The notes under the pieces are model-generated. The model saw only the letters and a program-made list of their open reading frames with translations, had not been told where the DNA came from and did not search any database. 64,000 nt of DNA from positions 2,400,001-2,464,000 of the forward strand of contig OZ245015.1 of NCBI GenBank assembly GCA_965223705.1, written 5' to 3'. The stretch comes from Myxococcota bacterium. Its GTDB lineage: Bacteria; Myxococcota_A; UBA9160; UBA6930. This document shows, in pieces, positions 45,535 through 55,989 of this stretch. Made by a program: the position numbers and the translations under genes. Positions within the stretch are counted from its first letter, which is position 1. Each line of letters opens with the position of its first letter.

Positions 45535-46614
45535 CTAGACGCCTTCGAGAACCTTGACCCAGTCCTGGAGGACGTCTTCCTCGCCGGGATGGACGAGAAA
45601 CACGATCTGGTCGTAACCCATCCGTTTGAGTTCCTGAAAACGCTCGCGAAGCTCCGGAACCGTGGCGGTCATGGTCGTGCTGCGGATGAGATCTGCGGTG
45701 AGGAGGTGCCGCTCGTCATCGCGTACGAAGACGGCATGTCCGCGATGCATGCTGAGATAGCGGGCGTCCTCCGGCTCGTAGCTCCGGTAGAGGGCGCGGT
45801 AACCGGCCAGGGACGGATCTTCGTCCTCATCGATTCCGGAGGGATTGAGGCCCTTTTCTCCGAGGGTCAGGAATTCCGATTCCACGATACTGTGCATGAA
45901 GCACGCGGCGAGCGGCCCCCCGCGCGCGAGAGCTTTCGGGCTATCGGCGGGCTCGCCTTCGTCGAGCGGTGTTCCCGCCACCCAGAGCGCGGACCGACGG
46001 CCGGCATCGCCCCCGTCGGCCGCCTGCCACGCCGCGCGCATGTTTCGGATGTCCTCCGCCGCTGTCTCCATCTGGGTGTAGATGGCCATCCAGTTCGCTC
46101 CGAGCTCCGCGGTGAGCTCCATCATCTTGGGCCCCTGAGCCGCGATATAGGTCTCGATCGGATCTGTGGTGTTCACGAGATCCTTGTCGGGGTGGACGAA
46201 GCGGATCTTTCGCCGCCGACCTTCGAACTCCCACTCGACGGTTTCCCGGCGCAGCAAGGCGGCGATCGTCTCCATGTAGTTCCTGAGATCCGCGCGACGG
46301 ACCGGCGGATGACCCATGGCACGACGGCCGGAGAACCCCGTGCCGACGCCCAGGATGATCCGGCCCGGTGCCAGCCCGTTGAGCGTCGCGAAGCTGTTTG
46401 CGGTCTGCGGCGCGATCCGATTCGACGGAATCAGGACCCCGGTCCCGAGCTTGATGCGCGTCGTATTCGCAGCGGCGAGCGCCATCATCGCGATGGGGTC
46501 GGCCGCCACCATCTGGCTGTCCTCGAACCATGCCGTGCTAAAGCCCAGCTGCTCCGCGCGTACGGCGGTCTTCCAGCCTTCTACACCTTCGGCGATCGAT
46601 ACGCCCAGCTCCAT
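45535..46614 (-). CDS. LLM class oxidoreductase (Mer-like)
   Basis: AEQLGFSTAWFEDSQM, IKLGTGVLIPSNR, APGRIILGVGTG, IAAQGPK. Confidence 0.9.
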   Translation of the reverse strand: MELGVSIAEGVEGWKTAVRAEQLGFSTAWFEDSQMVAADPIAMMALAAANTTRIKLGTGVLIPSNRIAPQTANSFATLNGLAPGRIILGVGTGFSGRRAMGHPPVRRADLRNYMETIAALLRRETVEWEFEGRRRKIRFVHPDKDLVNTTDPIETYIAAQGPKMMELTAELGANWMAIYTQMETAAEDIRNMRAAWQAADGGDAGRRSALWVAGTPLDEGEPADSPKALARGGPLAACFMHSIVESEFLTLGEKGLNPSGIDEDEDPSLAGYRALYRSYEPEDARYLSMHRGHAVFVRDDERHLLTADLIRSTTMTATVPELRERFQELKRMGYDQIVFLVHPGEEDVLQDWVKVLEGV

Positions 46615-46701
46615 GACGTTCCTCCAACTGTGTTCCGACTCATACTACGCCAGCACGCCCGAGCTATGCTGGAGTCTCCAACCCGCGGAAAGGGGGGAGC
46701 G

Positions 46702-47877
46702 ATGGAGCCCTCGATCAGCGACGTCAATCTCTGGCGAACCGAGTCTCCCGGGACCGACGGCTGGACGCGAACGGCGCGGCCCGACGATCCCAACAAGTAT
46801 TTTTTGGTCTCGGCGGACACCCACGCGAACGAACCGCCGGACCTCTGGCTCACGCGCATGGACGCGTCGTACCGAGAACGCCTTCCCCGCATCGTCGAAC
46901 GCCCGGACGGCTTGGCGCAAGTCACGGAAGGGTTTGCCGCATTGCGGCTTCGGGACGTTCCACTCGATGGGGAAGATCTCGAACGCGGCCGCGCCGGTCG
47001 CACGGCCGAGGAGCGCATCGCCGATCACGACCGAGACGGGATCGACGTCGAAATCCTGTTCCCCAACAAAGGGATCTCCATGTGGGCGACGCCGGATCCA
47101 CAGTTCTCGGCGGCGATGTGCCGAGTCTGGAACGACTGGGCGCACGAGACCTTCGGCGCCCACCGCTCACGCATTTTGGCGATGGCTTGCGTCGCGACCG
47201 GCGACCTCGACAGTGCCCTCGCCGAGATCCAACGCGTTGCGAAGCTCGGCTTCCGCGGACTGACGATCCCGTGCACGCCGTTCTTCGGTCCCGCCGACCC
47301 GGACCGCGCGAACTACAACCGGCCCGAGTTCGATCGCCTTTGGGCGGCGGTACAAGACGTGGATCTGCCCGTGACCTTTCACATCGGAACGGGCCGCGAT
47401 CCACGCGGCGCACGCGGACACGGCGGGGCCATCATCAACTACGCGGTGCACGCGATGGGACCGGCGATGGAGCCTCTCGCGAACCTCTGCGCATCCGGCG
47501 TCCTCGACCGCTTCCCGAAACTCCGCTTCGCCACGATCGAGGCGGGAATCGGATGGGTCCCTTGGGCACTCGAAGCGATGGACGAGGCTTATCGGAAGCA
47601 TCACATGTGGGTTCGCCCAAAACTATCGATGCTGCCTAGCGAATACTTCCGCGCGCATGGCTTTGCGAGCTTTCAAGAAGACCCGGCCGGGCTCGACCTC
47701 GCGCGCAGCCACGACCTCATCGACAACTTCTTGTGGGCGAACGACTACCCGCACCACGAAGGCACCTGGCCGCACTCGGCCGCCGCCATCGAACGGACCA
47801 TGGGCGACCTCACCGACGCAGAGCGCGCCAAGATCCTCGGCGAGAACGCGTGTCGGCTGTGGAAGATCGAGCGCTAG
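46702..47877 (+). CDS. Amidohydrolase_2 family metal-dependent hydrolase
   Basis: SADTHANEP, FHIGTG, RFPKLRFATIEAGIGW, WANDYPHHEG. Confidence 0.9.
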   Translation: MEPSISDVNLWRTESPGTDGWTRTARPDDPNKYFLVSADTHANEPPDLWLTRMDASYRERLPRIVERPDGLAQVTEGFAALRLRDVPLDGEDLERGRAGRTAEERIADHDRDGIDVEILFPNKGISMWATPDPQFSAAMCRVWNDWAHETFGAHRSRILAMACVATGDLDSALAEIQRVAKLGFRGLTIPCTPFFGPADPDRANYNRPEFDRLWAAVQDVDLPVTFHIGTGRDPRGARGHGGAIINYAVHAMGPAMEPLANLCASGVLDRFPKLRFATIEAGIGWVPWALEAMDEAYRKHHMWVRPKLSMLPSEYFRAHGFASFQEDPAGLDLARSHDLIDNFLWANDYPHHEGTWPHSAAAIERTMGDLTDAERAKILGENACRLWKIER

Positions 47878-47955
47878 GAGGTCTCTACTCGGGGACCGAG
47901 GCAGGGCCGCGGGAGATGGGGGCACCGTGCGGGGACATCCTCGCGCGAAGGCCCA

Positions 47956-49485
47956 CTAGGGGGCGTGGACGGCGCGCGCCCAATCGGGGACATCGCCCAG
48001 AGCGATTCCGAAGACCCACGGGACTACCGTGAACGCGATCAGCATCGTTAGGGCGATGCCCGCGAGGTTTGCCCCAATACCGGCGCGCATGAAGTCGCCA
48101 ATTCGCAGCTCGCCGCTTCCGAAAACGACGGCGTTGGGAGGTGTCGCGACGGGCATCATGAACGCGCAACTCGCCGCGAGCACGGTCGGGAAGACGAGCA
48201 GCAGGGGATTTTCGCCGAGGGCGTAACCGACCGCGCCGGCGATCGGCAGGAACGTCGCCGTCATCGCGGTGTTGCTCGTGACCTCGGTCAGAAAGACCAT
48301 CACCACGACCCCGGCGAGGATCACCGCCACGGTCGGCCACGCGGAGAGGAACGACGCCCCACTCCCGATCCACGCTGCGAGTCCGCTGCTCTTGATGCCC
48401 GACGCGAGAGACAATCCGCCACCGAAGAGCATCACAACCCCCCACGGAAGCTCCTTCGCCCAGTCGCCGTCGAGCGCGAAGATGCCCCGTCGCCAGTCGA
48501 CCGGAAGCACGAAGAGAAGCAGTGCTCCGAACAGCGCGACACTCGTGTCGTTGAGCGGCAACCCGGGAAACGCGGACTGGAGCAGCGGGCGGGTCACCCA
48601 CAAGAAAGCGGTGCAACCGACCACCGCCATCACCGTCCGCCCCCCCGCGCCCAGTGGGCCGAGGTCCCGGAGCTCACCCGCGATGGCGTCCGCCTGTCCC
48701 GCGAGCGGCTCGCGGGGAAGCGGATACGCCCAGTAGACCAGGATCGCCCAACAGGCGGGAAGCAAGAGCGCGATCGACGGGAGCCCGACCATCATCCAGT
48801 GGACGAAACCGATCTCGAAGCCGTAGGTCTCGCGCACAAAGCCGGCGAGCATCGCGTTGGGTGCGGTGCCGATCAGCGTTCCCATGCCGCCAATGGTCGC
48901 CGCGTACGCGATCCCGAGGAGCAGTGCGATCGTAAAGTTGCGCCCTTCCCGGCCCGGGTGTCCCGCGGCCCGAGCGCATCGCCGCACGAAATCGATCACC
49001 GACAGCGCGATCGGCAACATCATGACCGTCGTGGTCGTGTTGAACACCCACATGCTCGTGAGCGCCGTTGCCAGCATAAAACCCGCGACGATGTTCGCGG
49101 GTCGGGCCCCCATGCGCGCGACGATGTGGAGCGCGATGCGCTTGTGCAGGTTCCAGCGCTGCATACCGAGCGCGATGATGAACCCGCCTACCATCAACAG
49201 AATGACCGGGTTCGCGTAGGGCGTCGCAGTCTCGCGGATACTCATGACCCCGAGGACCGGGAACGCCACGAGCGGAACCAGGGCGGTCGCGGAGAGAGGA
49301 AGCGCTTCGCTGATCCACCACACGGCCATGAGAGCGACCACCGAAGCCGCATCCCACCCGGCCACGGACAAACCGTCCGGCGGGTCGATCGACTGACACA
49401 GGAGAAAGAGCGCCAGGCCCAGCGGGATCCCGACAAAACGTCGCACGGGTAGGACCGGCGTGGGCGAATCATCCAGGGTCGTCAT
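47956..49485 (-). CDS. SLC13/DASS family sodium-coupled anion symporter
   Basis: WWISEALP, NLHKRIAL, IGGMGTLIGTAPN, TEVTSNTA, FMMPVATPPNA. Confidence 0.93.
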   Translation of the reverse strand: MTTLDDSPTPVLPVRRFVGIPLGLALFLLCQSIDPPDGLSVAGWDAASVVALMAVWWISEALPLSATALVPLVAFPVLGVMSIRETATPYANPVILLMVGGFIIALGMQRWNLHKRIALHIVARMGARPANIVAGFMLATALTSMWVFNTTTTVMMLPIALSVIDFVRRCARAAGHPGREGRNFTIALLLGIAYAATIGGMGTLIGTAPNAMLAGFVRETYGFEIGFVHWMMVGLPSIALLLPACWAILVYWAYPLPREPLAGQADAIAGELRDLGPLGAGGRTVMAVVGCTAFLWVTRPLLQSAFPGLPLNDTSVALFGALLLFVLPVDWRRGIFALDGDWAKELPWGVVMLFGGGLSLASGIKSSGLAAWIGSGASFLSAWPTVAVILAGVVVMVFLTEVTSNTAMTATFLPIAGAVGYALGENPLLLVFPTVLAASCAFMMPVATPPNAVVFGSGELRIGDFMRAGIGANLAGIALTMLIAFTVVPWVFGIALGDVPDWARAVHAP

Positions 49486-49564
49486 TTCGAAAGCCTGAGC
49501 CTTGCTCTCCCGTCGCGCGAGGCGAGTCGGGAACGGTAACAAGGTATCCGCTACACACGTAGCG

Positions 49565-52500
49565 ATGGTCTCACCCGTCCCTGCAGACGCCGCGGATCAG
49601 CTCGCCGACGCCGCGGTCGAACGCGTCGTTCGGTGGCTCGAAGAAGGCGCATCCCAATCGCGCGCGGCGGACGGGCGGCGCAGCGCGCAACTCGCGAAGC
49701 TCGTGTCGGACCCCGAAGCGATGGCCTTTACGATGCGCTTTGTCGACCGGGTCGCGCGCCCGGAAAGCGACCGTGCAGCCGCGCATCAGCTCGAAGTCCT
49801 GACCCGCCGCCACGCGCCGCCCGCTTTCCTGGGAGCCCTCGATCGCGCGCTCTTGCGACTCGGCGGTTGGCTCGCCCCGTTCGTTCCGGACGTGGTTCTC
49901 CCAGCCGCCCGCCGGCGGATGCGATCGCTGGTGGGACACCTCGTCACGGACGCCGATCCCGAAGCCTTGGCACAGCATCTCCGGGCGCAACGAAACGCGG
50001 GCTTTGCCATCAACCTGAATCTCCTCGGTGAGGCAGTCCTCGGCGAGCGCGAAGCCGAACGGCGCTTCGGGCGGACTCTCGCGCTGATCCGAGATCCGTC
50101 CGTCGACTACGTCTCGGTCAAGATCTCAGCGATCACCGGGCGCATCAACCTGTGGGCCTACGACGACACGCTGGCGCGGGTCAGTGCGCGCCTTGCCGCG
50201 CTCTTCGATGCGGCGGGAGAATCTCCGGTGACGTTCGTCAATCTCGATATGGAGGAGTATCGGGACCTCGACCTCACCCTCGATGCCTTTACCCAGCTTC
50301 TCGACGAGCGTCCAAGGCTCTCTGCGGGCGTCGTGTTACAGGCGTACCTCCCCGACACCTTTCCGGCCCTGTGCCGCCTCGTCGCGTGGTCGACGAAACG
50401 AGCCGCGTCGGGTGGCGCCGACATCAAAGTGCGTCTGGTGAAAGGCGCCAACCTCGCGATGGAGCGCGTCGAAGCGGAGCTTCACGGTTGGGAGCAAGCG
50501 CCCTACGAAACCAAGCACGAGACCGACGCGAACTACAAGCGCTGCCTCGACTGGGTCTTGCAGCCCGAGCGACTTTCCGGGCTCTCGATCGGAATCGCGA
50601 GCCACAACTTGTTCGACGTCGCGTGGTCTCACGAGTTGGCCACCGCGCGCAAGGTCGCCGACCGGGTCGCCTTCGAGATGCTCCAGGGCATGGCACCCGC
50701 TGGAGCAGAAGCGGTTCGCCAGTCGACCGGGAGCATGCTGCTCTACACCCCGGTGGTCGCGCGCGACGATTTCGATGTGGCGATCAGCTACTTGTTCCGC
50801 CGCCTCGAAGAAAACGCTGCGGAACATCACTTTCTCCGGGCGGCGTTCTCACTCGAGCCCGGCACGCCAGCGTTTTGCGAAGAAGAGCGGCGTTTTCGAG
50901 CATCGCTCGCCGCTCGCAACGAGGTGGCCGACGAACCGCAGCGACGCGCTCGCCGCGAAGCGCCGGAACACGCGGGGTTCTACAACGCGCCCTCCGGCGA
51001 TTCCGCTCTCGCTGAGACGCGCGCTTGGGCGAAGAACGCGGTGGCGACCTTGCCCGTCTCGCTGACGGAACCCCTGATTCTCGAGGAATCCGAAGTGTCG
51101 CGCCGGCTCGAAAAAGCCCGCGAGGCAGGCCTCGCGTGGCGCGAGCGGACTCCCTCGCAGCGAGCGGACGTGCTCCGGGGAATCGCCTCGGGTTTCGAGG
51201 CAGCGCGCGGCGATCTGGCGTCGGTCTTGGTCCACGAAGCGGGCAAGACGATCGTCGAAGCGGATGCCGAGATCTGCGAGGCGATCGATTTCGCGCGTTA
51301 CTACGCGGAATCCGCGGAAGCGCTCGCGACGCGCGATCCGGCGCTCTCGTTTCGGCCGTTTGGGGTCGTCGCGGTCATTCCGCCGTGGAACTTTCCCGTC
51401 GCGATTCCCGCCGGCGGAGCCCTCGCCGCGTTGGCAGCGGGCAACGCGGTCGTTCTCAAACCCGCCCCCGAGACGCCCCGCTGTGCCCGACTCGTCGCGG
51501 AACTCTGTTGGAACAGCGGCGTGCCGGCGGATGCCCTCCAATACGTCCGCACCCCGGATGACGCTGTGGGTCGCTACCTGGTGACTCAGGTAGATGCCGT
51601 GATCCTGACGGGGAGCTTCGAGACAGCGGAGCTCTTTCGCTCCTGGAAGCCCGAGATGAGGCTTTTCGCGGAAACGAGTGGGAAGAACGCCATCGTGATC
51701 ACGCCGCACGCCGACCTCGATCAAGCGGTCGGCGACCTCGTGAGCAGCGCCTTCGGCCACGCGGGGCAGAAGTGCTCGGCTGCGAGCCTGGCCATCCTTG
51801 TCGGCGATGTCTTCACCTCAGAGCGGTTTCGGCGGCAGCTTCGCGATGCGACCGAAAGTCTTGTCGTCGGCCCCGCAGATCGCTTGGAGACCGATATGGG
51901 GGCGCTCTTACGCCCGCCGGAAGGGCCCCTGCGACGTGCCCTCACCGACCCCGAAGCGAATTGGTTCGTGCGACCCCGCGCGATCGGCGATGACGATCGC
52001 CTCTACACTCCCGGCGTTCTCGATTCCGTCGCGCCCGGTTCGTGGTTCCACTGCACCGAGTGCTTCGGGCCTGTGTTGGGCCTCATGGCCGCCCGAGACC
52101 TCGACCACGCCTTGGCGCTTCAGAACGCGACACCCTTCGGGTTGACGGGCGGCATCCAGAGTCTCGACCCGGACGAAGTCGACTACTGGCTCGACCGCGT
52201 CGAATGCGGCAACGCCTACGTCAATCGCGGGATCACCGGCGCCATCGTTCGGCGACAGCCCTTCGGTGGGTGGAAGCGTTCTTGTGTCGGCCCCGGTGCC
52301 AAAGCCGGTGGACCGAACTATGTGACGCAGCTCGGTGTCTCCGCCTCGACCGATGTGCCCGCGGGTCGCCGGCCTCCGTCCGACGAGATCGTGGATCTCG
52401 TCGAACTCCTCGGACGAGGCATGGACGAGACGGACGCGGCTTGGCTCCGCGAGGCGGCGGAACACGACGCGTATTGCCTCGCCGAGCATTACTCCCGCGA

Positions 52501-52945
52501 ACATGACCCCTCGGCACTCCGGGTCGAAGCGAACATCTTTCGCTACCGCCCTCACCCGGCCGTGGCCGTTCGCCTCGAAGCGAACGGCTCCCTTCGCGAT
52601 GCCGCACGCGTGCTGATCGCGGCTCACGCCTCGGGTGCAGGCCTCGATCTCAGCGCAGCGCCGGAATGCCTGCCGGCTTGGGGTGGCGCTCTCGGGTTCC
52701 AAGAAGAAGAGCTCGCCGAGCTTTTGGGACGCCTCGGGCCCGGCTCCCGACTTCGCGTCGTGGGAAGCATCGACAGCGCGGCGCGTGTGCGCGCACAGGC
52801 CGGGGAGATCGAAGTGCTCGACCGGGCGGTTACCGTCGCCGGCGAGCTCGAATTGCCGCTCTATCTACGCGAACAATCCGTGAGCCGCACGCTTCATCGG
52901 TACGGAAACCTTCTGAGCGAAGCGGCGGCGCGTCGCGAGCACTAA
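49565..52945 (+). CDS. putA: Bifunctional proline dehydrogenase / L-glutamate gamma-semialdehyde dehydrogenase
   Basis: NLNLLGEAVLG, NLDMEEY, VRLVKGA, YLFRRLEEN, PWNFP, AETSGKN, GQKCSA, QPFGGWK. Confidence 0.95.
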   Translation: MVSPVPADAADQLADAAVERVVRWLEEGASQSRAADGRRSAQLAKLVSDPEAMAFTMRFVDRVARPESDRAAAHQLEVLTRRHAPPAFLGALDRALLRLGGWLAPFVPDVVLPAARRRMRSLVGHLVTDADPEALAQHLRAQRNAGFAINLNLLGEAVLGEREAERRFGRTLALIRDPSVDYVSVKISAITGRINLWAYDDTLARVSARLAALFDAAGESPVTFVNLDMEEYRDLDLTLDAFTQLLDERPRLSAGVVLQAYLPDTFPALCRLVAWSTKRAASGGADIKVRLVKGANLAMERVEAELHGWEQAPYETKHETDANYKRCLDWVLQPERLSGLSIGIASHNLFDVAWSHELATARKVADRVAFEMLQGMAPAGAEAVRQSTGSMLLYTPVVARDDFDVAISYLFRRLEENAAEHHFLRAAFSLEPGTPAFCEEERRFRASLAARNEVADEPQRRARREAPEHAGFYNAPSGDSALAETRAWAKNAVATLPVSLTEPLILEESEVSRRLEKAREAGLAWRERTPSQRADVLRGIASGFEAARGDLASVLVHEAGKTIVEADAEICEAIDFARYYAESAEALATRDPALSFRPFGVVAVIPPWNFPVAIPAGGALAALAAGNAVVLKPAPETPRCARLVAELCWNSGVPADALQYVRTPDDAVGRYLVTQVDAVILTGSFETAELFRSWKPEMRLFAETSGKNAIVITPHADLDQAVGDLVSSAFGHAGQKCSAASLAILVGDVFTSERFRRQLRDATESLVVGPADRLETDMGALLRPPEGPLRRALTDPEANWFVRPRAIGDDDRLYTPGVLDSVAPGSWFHCTECFGPVLGLMAARDLDHALALQNATPFGLTGGIQSLDPDEVDYWLDRVECGNAYVNRGITGAIVRRQPFGGWKRSCVGPGAKAGGPNYVTQLGVSASTDVPAGRRPPSDEIVDLVELLGRGMDETDAAWLREAAEHDAYCLAEHYSREHDPSALRVEANIFRYRPHPAVAVRLEANGSLRDAARVLIAAHASGAGLDLSAAPECLPAWGGALGFQEEELAELLGRLGPGSRLRVVGSIDSAARVRAQAGEIEVLDRAVTVAGELELPLYLREQSVSRTLHRYGNLLSEAAARREH

Positions 52946-53859
52946 CTCGTCGCCTCTCCGGTGCGTCCTTCGAGTATTTCGGAGGCGCCGAGCGTGTGGA
53001 GCCGCTCGATGTCTTCCCGGTACTTGAGGAGACAACCGGCGGTGTCGAGCAGAACCTCGTCGCTCAGCTCATCGACCCCGAGCCCGAGGAGCGCACATCC
53101 CCAGTCGAGGGTCTCGGCGATGCCCGGACGCTTGTAGAAATCGACGCGACGCAACGTCTGCATCACTTCGGTGATTCGATCGGCCAAACGCGCCTCGAGG
53201 CCGGGGACGCGACGCAAAACGATTTCGCGTTCTTTTTCGCGCGACGGGTAGTCCATCCACAGGTAGAGGCAGCGCCGCTTCAGGGCGTCGTTCAATTCTC
53301 GCGTGCGATTCGACGTCAGAACCACGAACGGGCGCTTCTCCGCCCGAAACGTCCCGAGCTCGGGGACCGTAACTTGGAAATCCGACAGGACTTCGAGCAA
53401 GAAGGCTTCGAACTCTTCATCGGCGCGGTCGACTTCGTCAATGAGGAGGACCGCCGGTCGGGGGCCGTCGTGGCGTATCGCCTGAAGCAAGGGCCTGGCG
53501 AGGAGGAATTCGTCGCCGAACAGATCCCGTGACAGCGCTTCTCGCTGTTTCGGGTCGTCTTCCGCCAAGCGGATCGCCAGCATCTGCCGGGCGTAATTCC
53601 ACTCGTAGAGCGTCGAACTCGCGTCGAGCCCCTCGTAGCACTGAAGCCGGATGAGCGGCGAATCGAGGACCGCGGCCATCACCTTCGCGACCTCGGTCTT
53701 CCCGACTCCGGCCTCACCCTCGAGGAGGATCGGTTTCTCGAGATCGCGGGCGAGCTTGATCGTAAGCGCCAGTGAGCGCTCCGCGATATAGCGATGTTGC
53801 GCGAAAGCCGACTGCACCGAGTCGACAGAAGCGAACGCTTGTTGCCAGGGCTCATCCAC
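52942..53859 (-). CDS. MoxR family AAA+ ATPase (CoxD-like)
   Basis: Walker A GEAGVGKT, RLQCYEGLD, LLIDEVDRADEEFEAFLLE, ALKRRC. Confidence 0.92.
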   Translation of the reverse strand: MDEPWQQAFASVDSVQSAFAQHRYIAERSLALTIKLARDLEKPILLEGEAGVGKTEVAKVMAAVLDSPLIRLQCYEGLDASSTLYEWNYARQMLAIRLAEDDPKQREALSRDLFGDEFLLARPLLQAIRHDGPRPAVLLIDEVDRADEEFEAFLLEVLSDFQVTVPELGTFRAEKRPFVVLTSNRTRELNDALKRRCLYLWMDYPSREKEREIVLRRVPGLEARLADRITEVMQTLRRVDFYKRPGIAETLDWGCALLGLGVDELSDEVLLDTAGCLLKYREDIERLHTLGASEILEGRTGEATS

Positions 53860-53896
53860 CGGAGTTCTCTTTCCTCGCGAGATCAGGAGTCGTAGC

Positions 53897-55147
53897 TCAG
53901 CGTTCTCCCCGGTGCAGCACCCCGCGCGACTCCAACTGCTGAACCTCCGCCTGCGGCATATCGAGCAGCTCGCCGAGGACGGCGCCGTTGTGTTCGCCGA
54001 GTAGCGGCGCGATCAAGTCGGCTTCTTCCGGAAACGCGGAGAACTTGAAGGGCACGCCGGGAATCGTGACCTCGCCGAGCACGGGGTCGGGCACGTCGCG
54101 GACCATCCGGCGCGCCAGAAAATGCGGGTGCCGCATCGTCTCCTGGATGCTCAGTACAGGCCCAGCCGGTACCCGATGCGCGGCGAGCGCCTCGAGCGCG
54201 GCTTCGTCCGAGGGAAAGCTCTGGAGCCAGCGCTCGACCTCGGGAACAAGCTCTTCGCGGCGTGCGGCCCGGGCCTCGGCCTTGGCGTAGTCGGGGTGGG
54301 TGGCGAGCTCGGGCCGGCCCATGGCGCGCGCCATTCCGGGCCACTGGCGATCGAGCACCAGAATGACGATGTACCCGTCCGGGCCGCGAAAGACGCCTTG
54401 TGGGCATGAGTGCGGGTGGTGGATCCCGGACCGCATCGGTTCGTAGCTGCCGCCGCTCGTCGCGTACATCTGAACCTCGAGCGACTGCATGTGGTAGAGC
54501 GAATCGACCATCGAGATGTCGACGAACTGCCCCTGCCCGGTGCGCTCGCGGTGGAGCAGCGCGTACCCCAGGGCTCCGAAAGCGGTCACGCCCGCGATCC
54601 CGTCGGCAAGGGCCACCCCGACGTAGCGAGGAGGCCCGTCCGGGTCGCCCGTCATGTGCATCACCCCTGCGTACGCCTGGCCGATGTAGTCGTATCCGGT
54701 CAGATGTGAGAGCGGTCCTTCGCGGCCGAACACGGAGACCGAGCACGCGATGATTCCCGGGTGAAGCGCGCGGAGTCCGTCGTAGTCGAGCCCGCGCTTG
54801 CTGAGGACTCCGGGGCCGTAGTTCTCGATCACCACATCGACCTTCGGTACCAATGCGCGGATCAATTCGACGCCTTCGTCACTGCGAAAGTCGACGCAGA
54901 GACTCTTCTTACCCCGGTTCTGCTGGATGTAGTACGCGCTGCGACCGTCCTTCACGAACGGGAGCGCGCGCGCTGGGTCCCCGTCGGTCGCTTGCTCCAC
55001 CTTGATCACTTCGGCCCCCAATTCGGCGAGGAGCCTCGTTGCCGTAGGGCCCGCGAGGTATTGCGTGAAGTCCAGAATCCGGGTTCCGGCCAGGAGCCCC
55101 TGGCCTTCGATCGCGTTGCCGTCCACGGCACGGTACCTACCATGCAT
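53897..55147 (-). CDS. Family III CoA-transferase (CaiB/BaiF)
   Basis: LAGTRILDFTQYLAGP, NRGKKS, GYDYIGQA. The start may be GTG 55126. Confidence 0.92.
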   Translation of the reverse strand: MHGRYRAVDGNAIEGQGLLAGTRILDFTQYLAGPTATRLLAELGAEVIKVEQATDGDPARALPFVKDGRSAYYIQQNRGKKSLCVDFRSDEGVELIRALVPKVDVVIENYGPGVLSKRGLDYDGLRALHPGIIACSVSVFGREGPLSHLTGYDYIGQAYAGVMHMTGDPDGPPRYVGVALADGIAGVTAFGALGYALLHRERTGQGQFVDISMVDSLYHMQSLEVQMYATSGGSYEPMRSGIHHPHSCPQGVFRGPDGYIVILVLDRQWPGMARAMGRPELATHPDYAKAEARAARREELVPEVERWLQSFPSDEAALEALAAHRVPAGPVLSIQETMRHPHFLARRMVRDVPDPVLGEVTIPGVPFKFSAFPEEADLIAPLLGEHNGAVLGELLDMPQAEVQQLESRGVLHRGER

Positions 55148-55152
55148 GCGGG

Positions 55153-55980
55153 ATGGGGCTCAAGGCTTTCGATCGAAAGTTCGGAACAGAACTACTGCGC
55201 GAGCTACCCGCGGAGCCCGCGGTCTACTTGTTCAAAGATGAAGACGAGCGGGTTCTCTACGTCGGGCAGTCGAGCAACATCCGGCGGCGCTTGCGAGACT
55301 ACCGGAACGCGAGCCGGCGAAAAGCACACCGAAAGATGCGCGCCCTGGTCCGCGATGCGCACGCCATCGAGATCCGCTTGCAGCCGACCCAGCGCGACGC
55401 CCTCCTGCTCGAGAATGAGCTCATTCGCACGCTGCGCCCACCGCGGAACGTCGACGGAGCGTTCAGTTTCCTCTACCCGGCGCTCGGGACGGCTCGTTCG
55501 GAAGGTTGCGTGCTGATCTGCGTCACTCCAGAAATCGAACCCTTCGAGCGCTTCGACTTTCGTTGGTTCGGCAGCTTCCGCTCACGGGAGCGGACGCGAG
55601 CCGCGTTCTCGGCGCTCGTCCGGCTCGCCGAATGGCTCGGACACCCCGAGCCGCTCTCGCGTCTACCGGACCGGCCGCGCGTCCGCGGCTCGAGCCTTCG
55701 CGCGTTTCGTCGGCTCGAGACCTGGCGGGAGGACATGGACCACTTCCTCAGCGGCGAGGACAGCGGCCTCCCCCAGCGCATCGCCGAAGCCCTTCTCGCA
55801 AAACCCGATGCCCGTCTCGACGCGGCCAATGTCGGTGAGGATCTGCGCGAACTCGAATCTTTCTGGCATAGCGATATCGCACCGCTTCGCGGCGCGATGG
55901 TGACTACGGGACGGTCTCGCTCGTTTGTCCCGCAAGACGAACGGGACGCGCTGTTCATTTCGGCCCGAACCCGGACCTAG
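55153..55980 (+). CDS. GIY-YIG nuclease (UvrC N-terminal / Cho-like)
   Basis: LPAEPAVYLF....VLYVGQSSNIRRRL, ALLLENELIR..RPPRN. Confidence 0.85.
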   Translation: MGLKAFDRKFGTELLRELPAEPAVYLFKDEDERVLYVGQSSNIRRRLRDYRNASRRKAHRKMRALVRDAHAIEIRLQPTQRDALLLENELIRTLRPPRNVDGAFSFLYPALGTARSEGCVLICVTPEIEPFERFDFRWFGSFRSRERTRAAFSALVRLAEWLGHPEPLSRLPDRPRVRGSSLRAFRRLETWREDMDHFLSGEDSGLPQRIAEALLAKPDARLDAANVGEDLRELESFWHSDIAPLRGAMVTTGRSRSFVPQDERDALFISARTRT

Positions 55981-55989
55981 AGCCTGGGG

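Noticed and set aside
45589..46701. Apparent 371-aa N-terminal extension of the amidohydrolase (762-aa ORF)
   Set aside because: It is the antisense of LLM 45535-46614; an SD and ATG are present at 46702.
55153..55980. GIY-YIG gene as a homing endonuclease or mobile element
   Set aside because: It resembles the UvrC N-terminal domain, with no intron context, terminal repeats or compositional shift.
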